NCBI RefSeq assembly: GCF_018350175.1
Contig: NC_058368.1
Coordinates: forward strand, 78,618,001-78,682,000
Origin: Felis catus
Taxonomy: Eukaryota
Length of the DNA stretch: 64,000 nt
Reading direction: 5' to 3'
Shown: in pieces, positions 25,950 through 40,379 of the stretch
Numbering within the stretch: position 1 is the first letter of the stretch
Layout of the letters: the number at the start of each line of letters is the position of its first letter
The notes under the pieces: model-generated
Database searches by the model: none
What the model was told of the DNA's origin: nothing
What the model saw: only the letters and a program-made list of their open reading frames with translations
Program-made: the position numbers and the translations under genes

Positions 25950-26385
25950 TTTCTTTTCTCCCCAAGCTTACCGAGGTATAAGTGACAAATAAAGTTATGT
26001 ATATTTAAGGTGTACGGTGGGTTGACTTGATTCGTGCAAACATTGTGAAGTGGTTACCACACCAAGCTTAGCACTATATCCATCACCTCACAGGGGTATC
26101 TTTTTGTGTGTTTATTTATTTTGGTGAGAACGGTTAAGACTTACACTTAGGGAATTTCAAGTGTATTGTAGAGTGTTATTGACCGCCGTCACGATGCTGG
26201 ACATCTGATCCCCAGATCTTATTCATCTCACAACTTAAAGCCTGTGCCCTTTGATGAAGATCTCCTCATTTCCCCCCTCCCCTAGGCAACTGCCAACCTA
26301 CTTTCTGCTTCTGGGGTTGCAGTGTTTAGATTCACATAAGAATGAGATCGTAGACTACTAGTCTTTCCGTGGCTGGCTTGCATAG
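25950..26385 (-). mobile_element. Old L1 3'-end fragment (L1MA-like), antisense to host L1
   Basis: GAGGTATAAGTGACAAATAAA...CATCACCTCACA...TTAGATTCACATAAGAATGAGATC is typical of reversed L1MA 3' ends. Confidence 0.75.
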
Positions 26386-28771
26386 GAGTCAACATCAATG
26401 ACCTTGGATTAGGCGATGAGTTCTTAGATATGACACCAAAATCACGAGTGGAAAAAAAAGGGTAAACTACATCAAAGTTAATATGTATGGGGTAGGAAGG
26501 ATACCTTTAAGACAATGAAAACAAAACCCACAGGATGGGAGAAGATATTTGAAAATTATGTATCTAATGAGAGACTTTTTTTCCAGAATATATACTCTTA
26601 TAACTCAACAATAAGAAGACAATAAATAACCCAGTTAAAAAATGGGCAAAGAACTTCAATAGGCATTTCTCCAAATAAGATACACAGATGACCGATAAGC
26701 ACATGAAAAGATGCTTAACGTCGTTAATAATTAAGGATATGCAACTCAAAAACTACAGTGACATACCCTTCATATGCACTAGGGTAGTTACAATAAAAAT
26801 GGCAGACAATCAGACAATATCCTGTTGTTGCGAGGAGGTGAGGGAATCGGAAGTCTGGTATGCTGCTGGTAGCATTATAAAATGGTGCACGCATTTTGGA
26901 AAAATGGTTTGGTAGCTGTGCAAAGTTGTAACTACAGAGTTATCACATGGCCCAGAAATGCCATCGCTGGATATATAGCATGAGAACTTAAAACATATCT
27001 CCACACAGAAACCTCTACATAAGTATTCGTAGCAGCATGATTTATAATAGCCAAAAAGTGAAAACAACCCAAATATCCATCATTTGAAATAGATCAACAA
27101 AATGCGGTATATCCATATGATATAATATTAATTCTACCCTAAAGAAGAACGAAGTATTGATCTGTGCTACAAAACGTTTGAACCTTGAACACATTACACT
27201 AAGTGAAAGAAGCCAGACACGGAGGTCACATACGGTTTTGATGCCATTTATGAAAAGTCCAGAATCGGCAAATCTAAAGAGACGGAAAGTAGATGAGCCG
27301 TTGCCAGAGGCATTCAGGTTATTCTAGGTTTAGTTTCCCAAACAACCTGATTTAAGATTATCTACCTCCTTACTACAAAATCTATTGTTACACAAATAAA
27401 GCACGAACTTCCCTCTTTCCTGAGCTGACTGTACCTTTCTGCTATCCCGACTTCCTTATCCATTTTCTTTGCTCAGCTCAACTCCATCCCCTTCTCTCCC
27501 AAATTAGAATGAGTCACTCTGTCTTCGGGGCTCCCATAGCACAGCACGAAGCACTTATTTGGCCTAAACAATTGTGCCAGATTTAGCTAACGACGTTCAT
27601 GCATACCCTCCTTTCCCCAAGACACCGTAGGTCCCTTGAGGATGGGACCCATGCATTTTTGTCGGTCATCTTGGCCACATTAGCCTCTAGGGAAGGGGTT
27701 TTGTGCCCAGTAGTCTTTCAATGACTGTTATTAAATTGAGTATTTGAAGAGTAACGTGTTCAAATGAATATTGAATATGTAATAGACATTAAGGAGAAAG
27801 TCTGTTCCCTTTCTCAATATCTTATGCCCAAGTAACAAAGCCGATTAGCAGGCATTCGGAACCAAATGAAATGTTTTGAACTAAGTGCAATCCTAATTTG
27901 TCTCGTGAATTCTAATATCTTCGCTGTTACCGTATGCGCTTTTGGAATTTGCGAAAACAGTGGACAGTCCCTGTGTCATTTTCTCTTTTAGTTGCCCCTT
28001 AGCCTGTTGGTGATGGGGCATAGGATGATACTGACGCGGAATTGGTCCTCAGGCAGCTGGTGTGGTTTTTTCCCTTTGTGTGTAAACCAGTCTCTGAGTG
28101 AGTTAAACTGAAGATTCTTCTCCTTGCCCCTAAGGGAACTGTGAAGGTTTTTAGTGCAGGATCTGAATTCCTTCTTTACTACTCTAAGCCGTTTAAATCC
28201 CATATTATTTTAGGAACTTTTTTTTTTTGAGAAAAGTATCAGAATCTATCAGTAACTCAGTGCAAGAGACCAAAGGCAGAGGAGAAAGCTGTTAGAACCT
28301 AATCAGTTCTCTCCTTACAGTTGGATGCAGGGGACACCAGGAGAGCGTCAGAGCAAAGATAAAGAATGGCCTAAGTAGACGTTTATTATTAATGAAAACA
28401 CCACCATTACTGTATCCTAACTATACCAGGTACACATTGTTTTTTATTAGTGTGTTGATCAAACAACCATGTGCTAGGCAGGGAGGATTCAAAGACAACT
28501 AAGGCCAGGCTTGCGTTCGTAGGTTAGTGCAGGAAATATAGGAAATGGAAGACTTACAGTGTGCAAAATGCATGATCTAATAGAAGCAGAGCAAACTAGC
28601 TGAGTAGGAGGGAGATACCTCTCCCTGCTCACATCTTTCCTGCTGTATATTATTTTCCTCCTCTTTTTGTGCATGTGCTATCTCCATTTCTGGCGTCAGT
28701 GCTAAGGCTTCCCCCCCGCCCCTCAGATTTTTCTCTCCCTGGTGATCTTCTCACACCCGAGGCTTTCATAT

Positions 28772-29910
28772 CTGTGATTCGTAAGAAATACAGTTGACCC
28801 TTATACGACACAGGGGTGGAGGGGCACCGACCTCCCCCCTACAGAATTGAAAATCTGTGTATAACTTTCGACTGCCCCAAACTTGACTACTCACAGCCTA
28901 CTGTTGCCCGGAAGCCTTGGCAGTAACATAAACAGTCGATCAACACATATTTTGTATGCTGTGTATCATATACTGTGTTCTTATGGTAAAGAAAGCCAGG
29001 GAACAAGAAAATGGTAAAGAAAATCATAAGGAAGAGGAAATACTTTACAGTGCTGTGCTGCAAATGTTCCCTGTGTAAGTGCATGCGGCAGATCAAGCCC
29101 AGGTTATTCAGGGTCCGCTGTATATATTTGGTCTTTATCCCTGTTTCTGCGACAGAGCCCCTAAAACCCTTGGAATTTCCCAAGTGGTGAGAGCCAGGAA
29201 GATGTCCTTCGTTGCGTTTATCAGGTGGCTTTTGGAAGGCACCTGTGGTGGGGGCCGGTTGCCAGGAGAACCAACCATGTGATTGGAGGGTTGTAACTTT
29301 CAGTCCCACTGTCACCTGAGGGGAGGGGAGGGGGCGGGCTGTTTCAATCAGCCGCCTTTGGGCAGTGAGTTAATCCATTCTGCATATAGAAGGAAGCCTC
29401 TATAAGAACCCAAAAGGACAGTGCTCAGAGAGCTTCTGAGTTGGGGACGCTGGTGCGCTCCGTTGGAGAGGGTTTGGAAGCTCCTCGCCTCTTTCTCATA
29501 CCTGGTCCTACACGTCTCTCCCATCTGGCCTTTCTCGAGTTCTGTACCCTCACAGTGAATTGGTGATCTTATAAGTACTGTGTTTCTCTGAGTTTTGTGA
29601 GCAGCTATATAGCAAATGAAGGAGGGGATTGTTGGAAGCTCTGACTTACAGCCAGTGGGTCAGAAGTACAGGCAAGAGTTACGGGGACTGGTCACTGGCA
29701 TCCGAAGTGGGGCAGAGGAGGGGGAAGAAGCAGTCTTGAGGGACTCAGCCCTTAACCTGTGGATCTTACACTGTCTCCAAGTGGACCGTGTCAGAGTTGG
29801 GTTGAGTTGAGTTGAATGGTGTAGGACGCCTGTTGGTCTCCAGAGAATTGTTTGGTGTTGTATGAGAAGCACACCCCACACCCCCCCCCCCATTGGAATG
29901 GGTCCAGGGA
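28772..29910 (+). mobile_element. MER21-like solo LTR interrupted by Tigger
   Basis: AAGAAATA|TATATTTGGTCTTTATCCCTGTTTCTG...CCTAAAACCCTTGGAATTTCC start and GTGTCAGAGTTG...GTAGGACGCC end resemble the recalled MER21 consensus. Confidence 0.75.
28791..29120. mobile_element. Tigger2-like non-autonomous TcMar DNA transposon
   Basis: Imperfect TIRs CAGTTGACCCT... and ...AGGGTCCGCTG with TA on both sides. Confidence 0.85.
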
Positions 29911-30499
29911 CCCAAAGAATCTATCAACTATGGATTTCAAGTGCCCGTTGTCAATCCATTGCCTCCTAAGAGCTACGTAGACCAAATAACCCACTCTCTG
30001 CTAGAACGTTGCCCTAACACTCAAGAAGCAACCCTAACTCACTGTCTCTAAGCTGAGCTCTTGATGTCCGTAACCCCCCACCCTGGTCCTCAGTGCCCTG
30101 GGTGGTCTGGTCGTCTGCAGTCTCTCAAACCCTGATGATGAATTGCCCCCAAATTCTGTAAAATCTGCTTCCTCAATAGATTAGAGACTGCCTCGTTTCC
30201 TCCTTTTTATTTTATTTATTAAGTATGAATTTAAAGAATCCAGAAAAGCATATCATTTCGTTTTCTGTGTCTGAGAGCTGGTCATAGGCAGTGTCTCTAT
30301 CTGTCCCCCGGCTCTGCCGCAGGACCCGCCACCCTGCCTCGCAGTATGGACGCCATAAAAACAGTTACTAATGGCTAAGTAAAAGGAGTGAATGGAGACC
30401 AAAACCCAGCAGCAGCACAGGCCCTGTGCATGGCAGAGGCACTGTAATTATTGGTTGAATTGACAAACGACGGTTTTACAAGGATTGAAGGACAAGACA

Positions 30500-30708
30500 T
30501 TTTTTTAGGTTTATTTACTTATTTTTTCAGAGACAGAGGCAGCTGAGCAGGGGAGGGGCAGAGAGACAGGGAGACAGAGAGTCCCAAGCAGGCTCCACGC
30601 TGCCTGTGCAGAGCCCAGCGAGGGGCTCGAACTCACGAACTGTGAGGTGACGACCTGAGCTGAGATCAAGAGTAGGATGCTTAACCCACTGAGCCTCCCG
30701 GGCGTCCC
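30500..30708 (-). mobile_element. CAN SINE
   Basis: Antisense body. Confidence 0.92.
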
Positions 30709-32879
30709 AGCGAAGGAGAGGACCTTTTGAACACCTCCTGTATGTACTTTGTATTCTATTGGGGACATTACTTAGACTTTCCAGCCCCACAGAATCCCGT
30801 ATTGCCTTTCCCCAAACCACCCCTTGCTTTTCTGCTCCTCTGTCCCACCGATGACCTCACCAAGCAAATGGGGCACCACTCCTTTTCTCCCTTCTGCGTC
30901 TCTGCTCCCGCCCTGGCAGGCTCACAGTCATTGCTTCCTTCCTGAGAATTTGTCCCGGCTGCCTTGTCCCACCGCCACGGCTCTCTTTCTAGGCCTCATG
31001 ATGTCTGGCTTGGACTTTTGTCAGAGCTTTTAATTTACTTCCCTTCTGCCGGTCCTGTCTCCCTGGGAGCTCTCCTTCACAGAGTCTCACGATTTAACCC
31101 ATTTGTTTAAAATCTGCTAGCCACTCTCCATCAACTTCAAGAAGGGTCTTAACTGGGTCAGGGATCCCTTTGGAAATCTGTGGGCCCTCTGGCAAGAGTC
31201 TGTGGAAGGCTGTGGGATTCGAGATTAAATAAAGATGGCCGAGATGATGAAGCATTTTGTGGCCACATGCAGCATCCGTAGTAATGTGCTCTTGTCTGTC
31301 TCTTCAGGTTCAACTCTAACCCCTTCTTAAGCCTCAGTGCCCATGTCCCCGAAATCCAGCTGGCGTATAGGAGTCTTGAGGCGCTGTGCCTTTGCTTGGT
31401 GCCCTGTCCTGGAAACCGTCTTTTCTTACCTCTTGTGAGCACCATTCTTCCTGAATGACACTTACCACTTTGCTTCCATGACACTGTGTTTATAGTTTGC
31501 TTTTGCATTGACCGTATTCTATTATAATTGCCAGTTTACCATGCTAGGAAATCACTCTAAGGGCAGTGACTAGTCTGTGTTTATAAGTGTATGCATCTGC
31601 GTAAATCTGTGGAGCCTGTCGGCCAGTGGTTGTCGAAACGATAAATGTAAGATGAACTACCTTTGTTTTATACCCCCTTGGAAATCTCTTTTGCTATATA
31701 TACCTCTTGCTGCTGTGTTTGGAATTATGTTACTTTTTGCAACCCTTAAAAAATTTTAGATGTAATTTTGATACGGTAAAAAGCATGGATCTTACGGCTC
31801 AAAGCTTCATATACCTTTATATCTCTCTATGTTTATATTTGTGTCAAAACATGCCTGATCAAAATATGAAACCTTTCCATCATTCTGCAATAGTCCACTT
31901 TTAAAACTTCTGTCCTCCCAAGTTAGTTTTACATGGTCTTGAACTTCATGTAAATGAAGAGTTAACATTTGACACCCTCAAAATATCCCGTCAGGTTCAT
32001 GTGAGACTTTTATTTTGGTGATATTTCTTCGCACCCATGGCATTACATCCTACCTTAAACCACTTAATTAACACCTCCATATTGGGGTCTAGAGATGTGT
32101 ATCAACATCCTCCGTGCTCTGAAAATAATTCTATAATATTAACAGCCTGCCTATGATTGCTAGCAGCTATACTATGTTAAATTGAAAGAAAAGTCTATTA
32201 AAGTTGTTATGGCTTAGCTACTTTATAAGAATTTAAAATTCCCTACCTCTCTGCCTCTTAAATCCTGTATATAAAAACGTATCCCTCTTCCCTCTAGTGA
32301 GTCCTACTACTTATCTGTAGATCTTTTCTTAACACTTCCCTTCCGTTTGGGCTCATGGTTGACTGACCCCGCACACCGCAGGGCTGCCGTGATGGATATG
32401 CTAGGGCTTAAGAGTAAACATCATTGTATTAGCATCATATTAGCATTTTGAGAGAAAGCCCACATAGGACATAAATAATCCATAATGGGATGCAGAAGCA
32501 GAAGGTATGGCCCTCGTAAGTAACTATAGTTCACCCAGGCAAAGAACCAAGGGGTGGGGGACAGAGAAAGGGGAGGTGATTCACCCATGTTTGATCCCCA
32601 ATTGCTTGTTTTCTACCTTCTGTTCCCCACCTTCTTGCCTTCTTCACCTTTTCCTTCTCTGTAGGTCCTTTCTATGGGCAGCTTCCCTCACTCTCTCTTC
32701 TCTCTCTATAGGTACATAATAGATAGGGCTGAGTTAATCAAACAAAGGAGGTTGGTGGTGCGAAAGGCAGTAAGGAACGTTCCACACGGAAGAAGTATGT
32801 GCTCAGGGTTGAGAGTTTCTGATGCGTTCTAGAATCTGAAAGGAAGGCTTGATCCCCAAGCTTTGAAAGAGGGTGCGAC

Positions 32880-33100
32880 TTATACTGTGGCCTGAGCGTC
32901 TTGGTGCGCCATCATGTGCTCTCGCTGTTGTGTGATTTTGGACATCTTGCTTAGTCTTTGTGACTCAGTTTCTTCTTTTGTTCAAAAAAAGAAAAAGACG
33001 ATAGTACTTACTCTGGAGGTCGGTTATGAAGATTAGGTAACTTGGTACGTGATAGTGATGAGAATAGTGCTTTCTACATGCTAAGCACATTTTAATTGCT
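32880..33100 (+). mobile_element. MIR relic
   Basis: TGTGATTTTGGACATCTTGCTTAGTCTTTGTGACTCAGTTTCTTC...GTTATGAAGATTAGGTAA resembles the MIR core. Confidence 0.65.
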
Positions 33101-34761
33101 GTATGAAATTAAGCCTTCAGAAGAAATTTGAAGTCACTTCCTAAAACTGTTCACCGAGAAGCTTATTCGTGATTTACTTATTCTGTACGACTGATTTGAA
33201 TATTTATTCTGGAAGTGCTAAAGGGAACGACACTGTGTGTATTTATATTTTTGACTACCTGGGTTTCAGGACGATTCTGATATCTGGGACCCAAGCCACC
33301 CTGAAGGCAACAGGGGAGGGGTGAAAAACAGGGGGAGGAATAATTCGGGTGACTGTTTCTGGCACCCCTGACTCTCTTCTGATGACATTTCTAGGAGCAG
33401 AACTTGTGGAGTTTGGGCTCCTAGAGATCATTCTAGAATTGGTGACGGGAGGTCAGTGAAAATGGCACATTAGATCAGATTAAGTCTGCCCTTTCTGAGG
33501 ATGCTGGGAAAGTCGGAAAAGGAGGGCTTATAAAGAAGAAAACAAACTCAGGGAGGGGACTTTGACACAGGTGAAGGGGCTTCCGGTTTGGTTGAAGGAT
33601 GTGCCGTCTGCTCTCCCCACGCCCCACTACCTTTGCTCCGGCCTCCAGCCCCCTTGCCGTGTGTTCCCTGCACAGGTGCCCATTGAGATGACCTCCCCCC
33701 TCCCCCGCCCCGCTTGTTGTCTCCTGCTGCCACGTCTCCCTCCAGCCAGTGGTGCTCATAAATTGTACCTCTCACCACCCCCTTCCAGCACCCACCCACG
33801 TGAAGGAATAGAATCACCTCACCCCTGTCTCCAGCCTGGACTCTGCTGACTTCCCTGGGTTCACCTGTCACCTGGCCGTTCCAGGAACTTCTCCTGCAGT
33901 CACGCCCAACTGTTTTGTTTTTTAGTCTGAGCCTGTCTTGAATGTCCCCATGTCACCCTGTCTGCCCACCTCCTTGGCCAGATTTCTTTCCACTCACGCT
34001 CAGGTGTCTGATGAGACGCCCCTTCTTCAGGAGTATTATCCAGACCCTCAAGCTTTGGTGATCAGCTTCATAAGACTGTGCATTCAAGATACCGTGCAGA
34101 GTCTTTCAATAATTCCTACTTCCTGGTCTACAATCTTGGTAAGCTCCCTAGGGCAGGGTCTAGGCCCAATTTGTAACTGTCACATGCATCGTGCATGCAC
34201 GTGTTTCCAGGGTTGATGGAATTCTGTGAAGCTGAGCCATGTATTTGGTGCCTGGCTCATAACACACATGGAATAAATGTTTATGGAGATTGGGTTTCAC
34301 TAGTCATGGATATCTGCACGGCCATACCAAAGGGTGGTGATGTCTTCGGGGCAGATCACACAATAAATATTTTCAATAATATAAAGATAGCACTAGGTCA
34401 GTGAAACTCAGGCGTGTACACGTCGTTTTGAAAATAATGGCTGGGAAGGTCCAGTGCCTAGCCAGCCTGTGCGTAAGAATTCTGTGTAGTATGTATCATC
34501 ATCTCCAGTTTTCATCTGAGGAATTTGAACCTCAAAGAGGTAGTGTGACCTTTAGGGAGTGGCAGAGACAGGATTCAGATCTAAGCCTGTTCCCGCAGGT
34601 CAGTGTAAGAAGGGGCCACCCACTGGAGGAGCCTTGGTAATAGAAAGGAGGTGCCATCTGCTCTTGGGGCTTCATTTGGCCGGAGGAGTTTTACCTGTGT
34701 TTATAGCTTCACTCTGAGAAGTTCCTCCAGTTATCCCTGGGACAGAAAAGTGGGGGGTGTT

Positions 34762-34803
<42 letters not shown>

Positions 34804-34805
34804 GA
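34762..34805. repeat. (GA)n microsatellite
   Basis: Direct reading. Confidence 0.9.
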
Positions 34806-35386
34806 ATATGTTAACAACTCTTCTCCAGCAAGAAGAAAAGTCTCCAGTTATAACACCCTAAAATATAATAATATATAATATAACATATTATAAGCAAATG
34901 AGTCTGGGGTGATTACTCCCCAAGTCTCCCCAGCGTTATGCTCTACCTTTACCTTCTAAGGTGTGATTGTATCCTTGGGCGTGTTAACCATTAGCCCAAG
35001 GCTGACAGTGCTCCTTGACTTGACAGCCCCGACTGAAGATATGTGGAAATAGTTATGGAGAACTGCCCCCATTACTGAAGATGGAAGGAGAGGCTCCAAA
35101 GTCAGTTTCCTCAAAATTCCTTTCATATTTTTCAGGAAAATTGAGATGATCTTTTACATCCTCAAAATACTGCCCCGGAATTGTCTCCTTAGTGACAGTT
35201 GTGAATATGTCTGCCCACTTAGTTGAGCCTCGTTACTTAGGCCATCGCTGATCTCTGCAGTTACCTTTGTCGTCATGGAAAGTCCCTTCTGGCTGCCCAC
35301 CACTTGCAGAAAGCTGTGTACTCCCGCAAATGGGTTGAAAAACAAGGCAGAGAATGCTTACTTCCTCTTTTGCACACCTGTACCTG

Positions 35387-35389
<3 letters not shown>

Positions 35390-35424
<35 letters not shown>
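35390..35424. repeat. (CA)n microsatellite
   Basis: Direct reading. Confidence 0.95.
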
Positions 35425-35428
<4 letters not shown>

Positions 35429-35769
35429 TACTGCAGTTGTACAGACATTAACACTGTCCGTGTCTCATTTACGGGTAGGGATGCAAACTCGTGTTCACTG
35501 TGAGATTTTGGTGAATTAGAGCAATGTCTGAAAGTGGGCGGGTCATCCTGGATGGTTGCTCCACACACGCTGGAGAAGATTTCAAAGTGCTGGTAATGTT
35601 CAGGTGAATCCATTTGCAAAGGTTTGCAGGTGTCCTCTCCTAGATAGCTCATTTAATTCATGCTCATTAGAATCCAACGCATTTCATTTTCATTAGGGAG
35701 ATAGAAATCACAAAGGGAGTGTGAGTAACCAGATGCCTCTACGGAACAACTGGAGAATCACATATAGCC

Positions 35770-35771
<2 letters not shown>

Positions 35772-35804
<33 letters not shown>
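35772..35804. repeat. (TG)n microsatellite
   Basis: Direct reading. Confidence 0.95.
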
Positions 35805-35807
<3 letters not shown>

Positions 35808-35906
35808 AATCGATATATATACATATCCATTTCAGTGCACATATATGCATATGTTATATTACTCTATATTGCATTACATAAAGAGCATCTTCTCTTTTGT
35901 GGAACA

Positions 35907-36129
35907 ATTTTTTAAAAAAAAGTTTTAAATGTTTTTATTTATTTTTGAGAGAGAGACATAGAGAGTGGGAGAGGGGCAGAGAGAGACAGAGGGAGACACA
36001 GAATCTGAAGCAGCTCCAGGCTCTGAGCTGTCGGCACAGAGCCCAGTGCTAGGCTCAACCTCACGAACTGTGAGATCATGACTTGAGCCGAAGTCGGGTG
36101 CTGAGCTGACTGAGCTACCCAGGTGCTCC
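35907..36129 (-). mobile_element. CAN SINE
   Basis: TSD GAACAATTTT. Confidence 0.94.
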
Positions 36130-38925
36130 AGAACAATTTTAAAATTGCATTCTATTTTACTTTGCATTGCTCTTCTATGAAAATATTAGTGCTAATACTG
36201 ATGAATATTTTCCAGCCTTTATATTACATGTTCACATTCAGGCATTAAGCAGTGCTCAGCTGGGTTAGCATCCTCAACTGCTCTGCTGTTATAGAAAGGG
36301 TGGTCCGTGTTAACCTGTCCTGTCTTTCCAGCCATGCAGATCCAGGTTGTAAATTCCTTCCTCTGTTCCCCCACGATTGCCTGCATCTAAGTTAAGTGTC
36401 TGCTTGTTCTGATAGGAGATTTGTGGGACTGTTTGAAGGTGGGGAGCCAGTGATTTAACATACTGGCTGAAATATTAGATCAGTCCTAACAGGTGGCAGA
36501 CTATGAAGAGGGAGCCGGTTAGAAAGGCGGGGGTCTGATCAGTCAGGCAAGGCAGGCTTGATCCTGGTCCTGAGGCATCTGTGGGATGACCAATGAGACC
36601 GATTTTCTAGCAAATACTGAGTTTGGTGATGCTCTTTCTTTTTGACAGCTCACGTTGTTCTTTCTCTGCACTCTTCAGGAAAAGCCCCCTTAAGTCTTAT
36701 AGGGCCCCCACTTACTAAACCAGCATTATTCTCAGGAAAGAAGGCGGTGGCTCCCATCTACTAGACTAAAAGCACTCAGTATGCATGACAGGTGATACTG
36801 TAAATTTAATTCCCAGCCATTTTGTGGGGGTTACGTATGGAGCAAAACCTGTGTGTGATTTGTTTCACCAAACCCCAATATTTCTCTGCCCCCACCTATT
36901 CCCAGAGCAGAGGCAAAGATGCCTACATCATAGAGCTTGAATTTGAATTATAATTTGCGCATGGATTTGTAGCCTCACTTGGCATTTTTATAGTAATTTA
37001 CTACATACACGAACCCTACATAAACTAGTGGTGTTTGTAAACTTGAGTTTTACTCCTATCGTTTGATAAAGTATGAAACTTACAGGACTATTAGATTTAG
37101 AAATTGTCTATGAAAAGACTGGCATAATAGATCTGTCCCAACAGAGGACTAAGCGGAATGCTATCTCACCGGTGAGCTTTCATTAGGAAAACTGTTTTGA
37201 AACTGGTGTATTTCACACATCCCACTTTAAAAGATATTTAGTAATAATTTGGATGTAAATTTTAAAAAATAAAAAATAAAATACGAAAAAGATATTTAAT
37301 AAGTGTGTAATTTTCAAATGCTCGTCTGGCACAAGAATCATTCTCCTTTCATATATTTTTTTGGGGGGGCCAGGAAATTATTTGAAAAACAATCTGGTGT
37401 ATAATGATGCTAACATTTGAAAGGAAGAAATCATGTGTTTTCATCAGAAATAGTGTGAATAGTGAGCAGCTGTTGGGCGCATAAAAGAGAAAAAAATAAT
37501 TTCTCTGTTATTCCAAATTGCTTTTGAAATATTATGTGTGACATTCAAAGAGAACAATGGGTCATTGTGATAATTCTGAAAGATAATGAAATGTTTTGTG
37601 AGGGTGTAACTTTTGTGACTGAGAAAAGCAACTTCTTTTAATGTGCTTGCTGAGCAGTCGGCAAGAGAAGTTACTAATAATGCAGCTAATCCATCGAAGT
37701 CTTTCCTGACCACCATCACCATTGCTGATGTTACGATTACTGTATCAGATCCAAAGAATTCTGAACCTTTCAGTCTGATCTCTGAACACCGAGTTTGTGC
37801 TTCTTAGGGGTGGGCAGAGATCACGAAATACTAACCAGTTGTAAATGACCAGTAGTTTTCTATTTTATAAAAGGAAGTGAAGTAAAGAGAGCCAGAATTA
37901 TTTTCTGTTTTTATTAATGCCTACATACATTTTTTTTGTTTGCTAATGAAGATTAACATAAAGCTGTATTTCTCTGTGGTTGAACGTACTTCTACTAGTG
38001 TTTTGAATACAAGTATGTGGTTTTCAGAGATAAAAGAGAGGAGAGAACTTCTTAATCTGGGGGGGTTATCTATATATCCAGCTCATGCGTAAGAAGCAGA
38101 TCCCGAGTATTATAATAAAGGTAGAATACATCTCTTAGGGTAGCCTCCTTCAGCTCTAAGTGGATCGTATATTACTCCTTTGGGTCAGAGATCTACGTTT
38201 CCCATCTTGTAATTTCTAGCGCACTGCCCTGCGCTGCCCTGCGTGACTGTCTAGATTTCACCAGGTGAGAAGCGCTATGAGGGGAGGAACGACACCAGCC
38301 TTCCCGGTGTCTCAGTGGACAATGACTTGCCAGATATCTGTGGAATAAATGAAACAGAGAATCACAAACGCGTTTGGTAACAAGCCCCTCAAGTATGGGG
38401 AGAGATGTTAGTGTTCACGGGGGATTTTGTTCAGAGTTCTGACTTGAGGGGGTTTTGGGTTCGTTAATAACAGATTTTTGGGCCCCAATCAATCCTAGTT
38501 TCAATAACATATTTTCTTTGCCAAGCGCACACCATGCTTTATCTGAGTCTCCTACATTAATTTTTCTGTTCGAAGAGGAAATGGTGTGATAGAGCTCAGT
38601 TGTCTTACGCCGTTTGTCGAGAATGTATTATGTGAAGACATGCAACCTGCAGAACAGTAAGAAATCTGTATATTTAAGGAAGGTAGGTAGACAACATACC
38701 TTTGTGTAAAGGAGGGCGTAGTGATATCTAGGTAGATAGCACCTTCCCCATGATGTTGGGCCACGTTCATATACATAATTCCTGTCTGTGTATATGAAGA
38801 CTTGTCACGAGGTGAGAGAGCCTGGCTCTCTGTTGGGTAACAGACATGCGTGTTCCTGAAACAGACAGGAAATCTTAAATAGTAGGCTGTATCTTCCTTG
38901 TATATAAAGGCAATAGTTAATTGTA

Positions 38926-38972
38926 GAATGAATGAATGAATGAATGAATGAATGAATGAGAGAATGAATGAA
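38926..38972. repeat. (GAAT)n repeat, possibly an L2 3' tail
   Basis: Direct reading. Confidence 0.85.
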
Positions 38973-39330
38973 GCATACGTATGACTGGTAACAGTTCAAA
39001 ATCCTCATTCCGGTTCCTGGGAAAACAAGTTACTGTGTCCATTGCAGTCATTCAGTATATGCTGTCGTTTCCTCGTTAATGCTGATGGTAGCCTTTTAGT
39101 GCATGCCGACAGTACAAACCAGAATCTCTGTAGATGTTTTTCTGACCTTTGGAACAAAGGTTAGGAATTGTACTTCCCATGTGTCCGTGAGGAAACTGAG
39201 GCTCTAGATAAAATAACTTGTTCAAGTTGGTACTCCAGTAAGTGATCGAATCTGGATCTGAACTTGGGTCGTCCTGACCCAGACCTTGAACTTGTTCTTC
39301 TAGACATCATACTATTTAAATGGCTGAAAT

Positions 39331-39548
39331 GGGGGTGCCTGGATGGCTCAGTAGGTTAAGCATCCGACTTCGGCTCAGGTCATGATCTCGAGGTTCATGA
39401 GTTCAAGCCCTGCGTCGGGCTCTGTGGTGACAGCTCAGAGCCTGGAGCCTGTTTTGGATTCTGTGTCTCCCTCTCTCTCTCTGCCCCTCCCTCGCTCGCA
39501 CTCTGTCTCTCTCTGTCAAGAATAAATAAACATTAAGGAAAAAAAAAT
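39331..39548 (+). mobile_element. CAN SINE
   Basis: Full body; imperfect TSD AATGGCTG.AATG. Confidence 0.95.
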
Positions 39549-40379
39549 TAATGGCTGGAATGATTTCTCATTGAAAACTTAAGTCATGACCCTTTGTTGC
39601 ATAGGTTTGCATTTTATAATCTTTCTGCTTAATGGAGGTGTTTCTCTTAAAGTTTTGCTTAGTAAGGGAATCCCACACCTAAGCTTTTGCCATAAAAGGA
39701 TGTACACATTTAACCTACTTGTTCAAATTTGTCTTTCCAATGCCCTCAAAATCTGAAACACAAATTCTAGACTGTGTCAAATCACCTGCAGAGATCATGA
39801 TAAAAAGTCTCAATTTGTAAGAACAATTAATTTGCCTCTGTAAGTAACTTAAACATGACCTTCATCTTCTGCTAACGTGGCTATTGCAGGATAAGCATGT
39901 TATTTATTCTTATTGCAGTAATCCTTGAAGACCACATATCTCTCTCTTTCTGATTCCAATTCAGTCAGACTCCGTTCATCCGGTCGTACAGTGATATCCA
40001 TCACGGTCTGCAGAGGTAGCAGAATCCTAAATTTGTAAAGCTTCGCAAACCAAAAGCTTTTTTGGGGGCTAACTGAAGTTTGACATTCTGCGTGTAGAAA
40101 ACCGAAAAGATGTGTTGTGAAATGGAATGTCATTTCCTCATTACGAAGAGGCGGACCCTACGACCTCCGATTCTAAGAGGTGGTATTTTGAGGTCCTGCT
40201 CTCCGTTTCGTGTTCACACACAGCAACTGGTGGTAACTAAAAATAGTGTGCTGTGCCACCGGCTAGGAATCTGGTCACATTGGGCTCACGGACAATGTGC
40301 ACGAGTAAGATTTAGGATCCCTGGTTGGGTTTCTTGCCTCCAGCCCACTCATCAGCTAGTTTGCTGCCATTTGCAAGCT

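Larger units (their letters stand above)
23305..27310 (+). mobile_element. Old degenerate L1 (L1MB/L1MC-like) ORF2 to 3' end, interrupted by SINEs and an antisense L1 fragment
   Basis: Decayed ORF2 peptides ([30 protein letters not shown]) and a typical old-L1 3' end (CTAAGTGAAAGAAGCCAGACAC). Confidence 0.9.

Noticed and set aside
31960..32410. Possible LTR relic with TATA-like element
   Set aside because: Resemblance is too weak to assign without a Dfam search.
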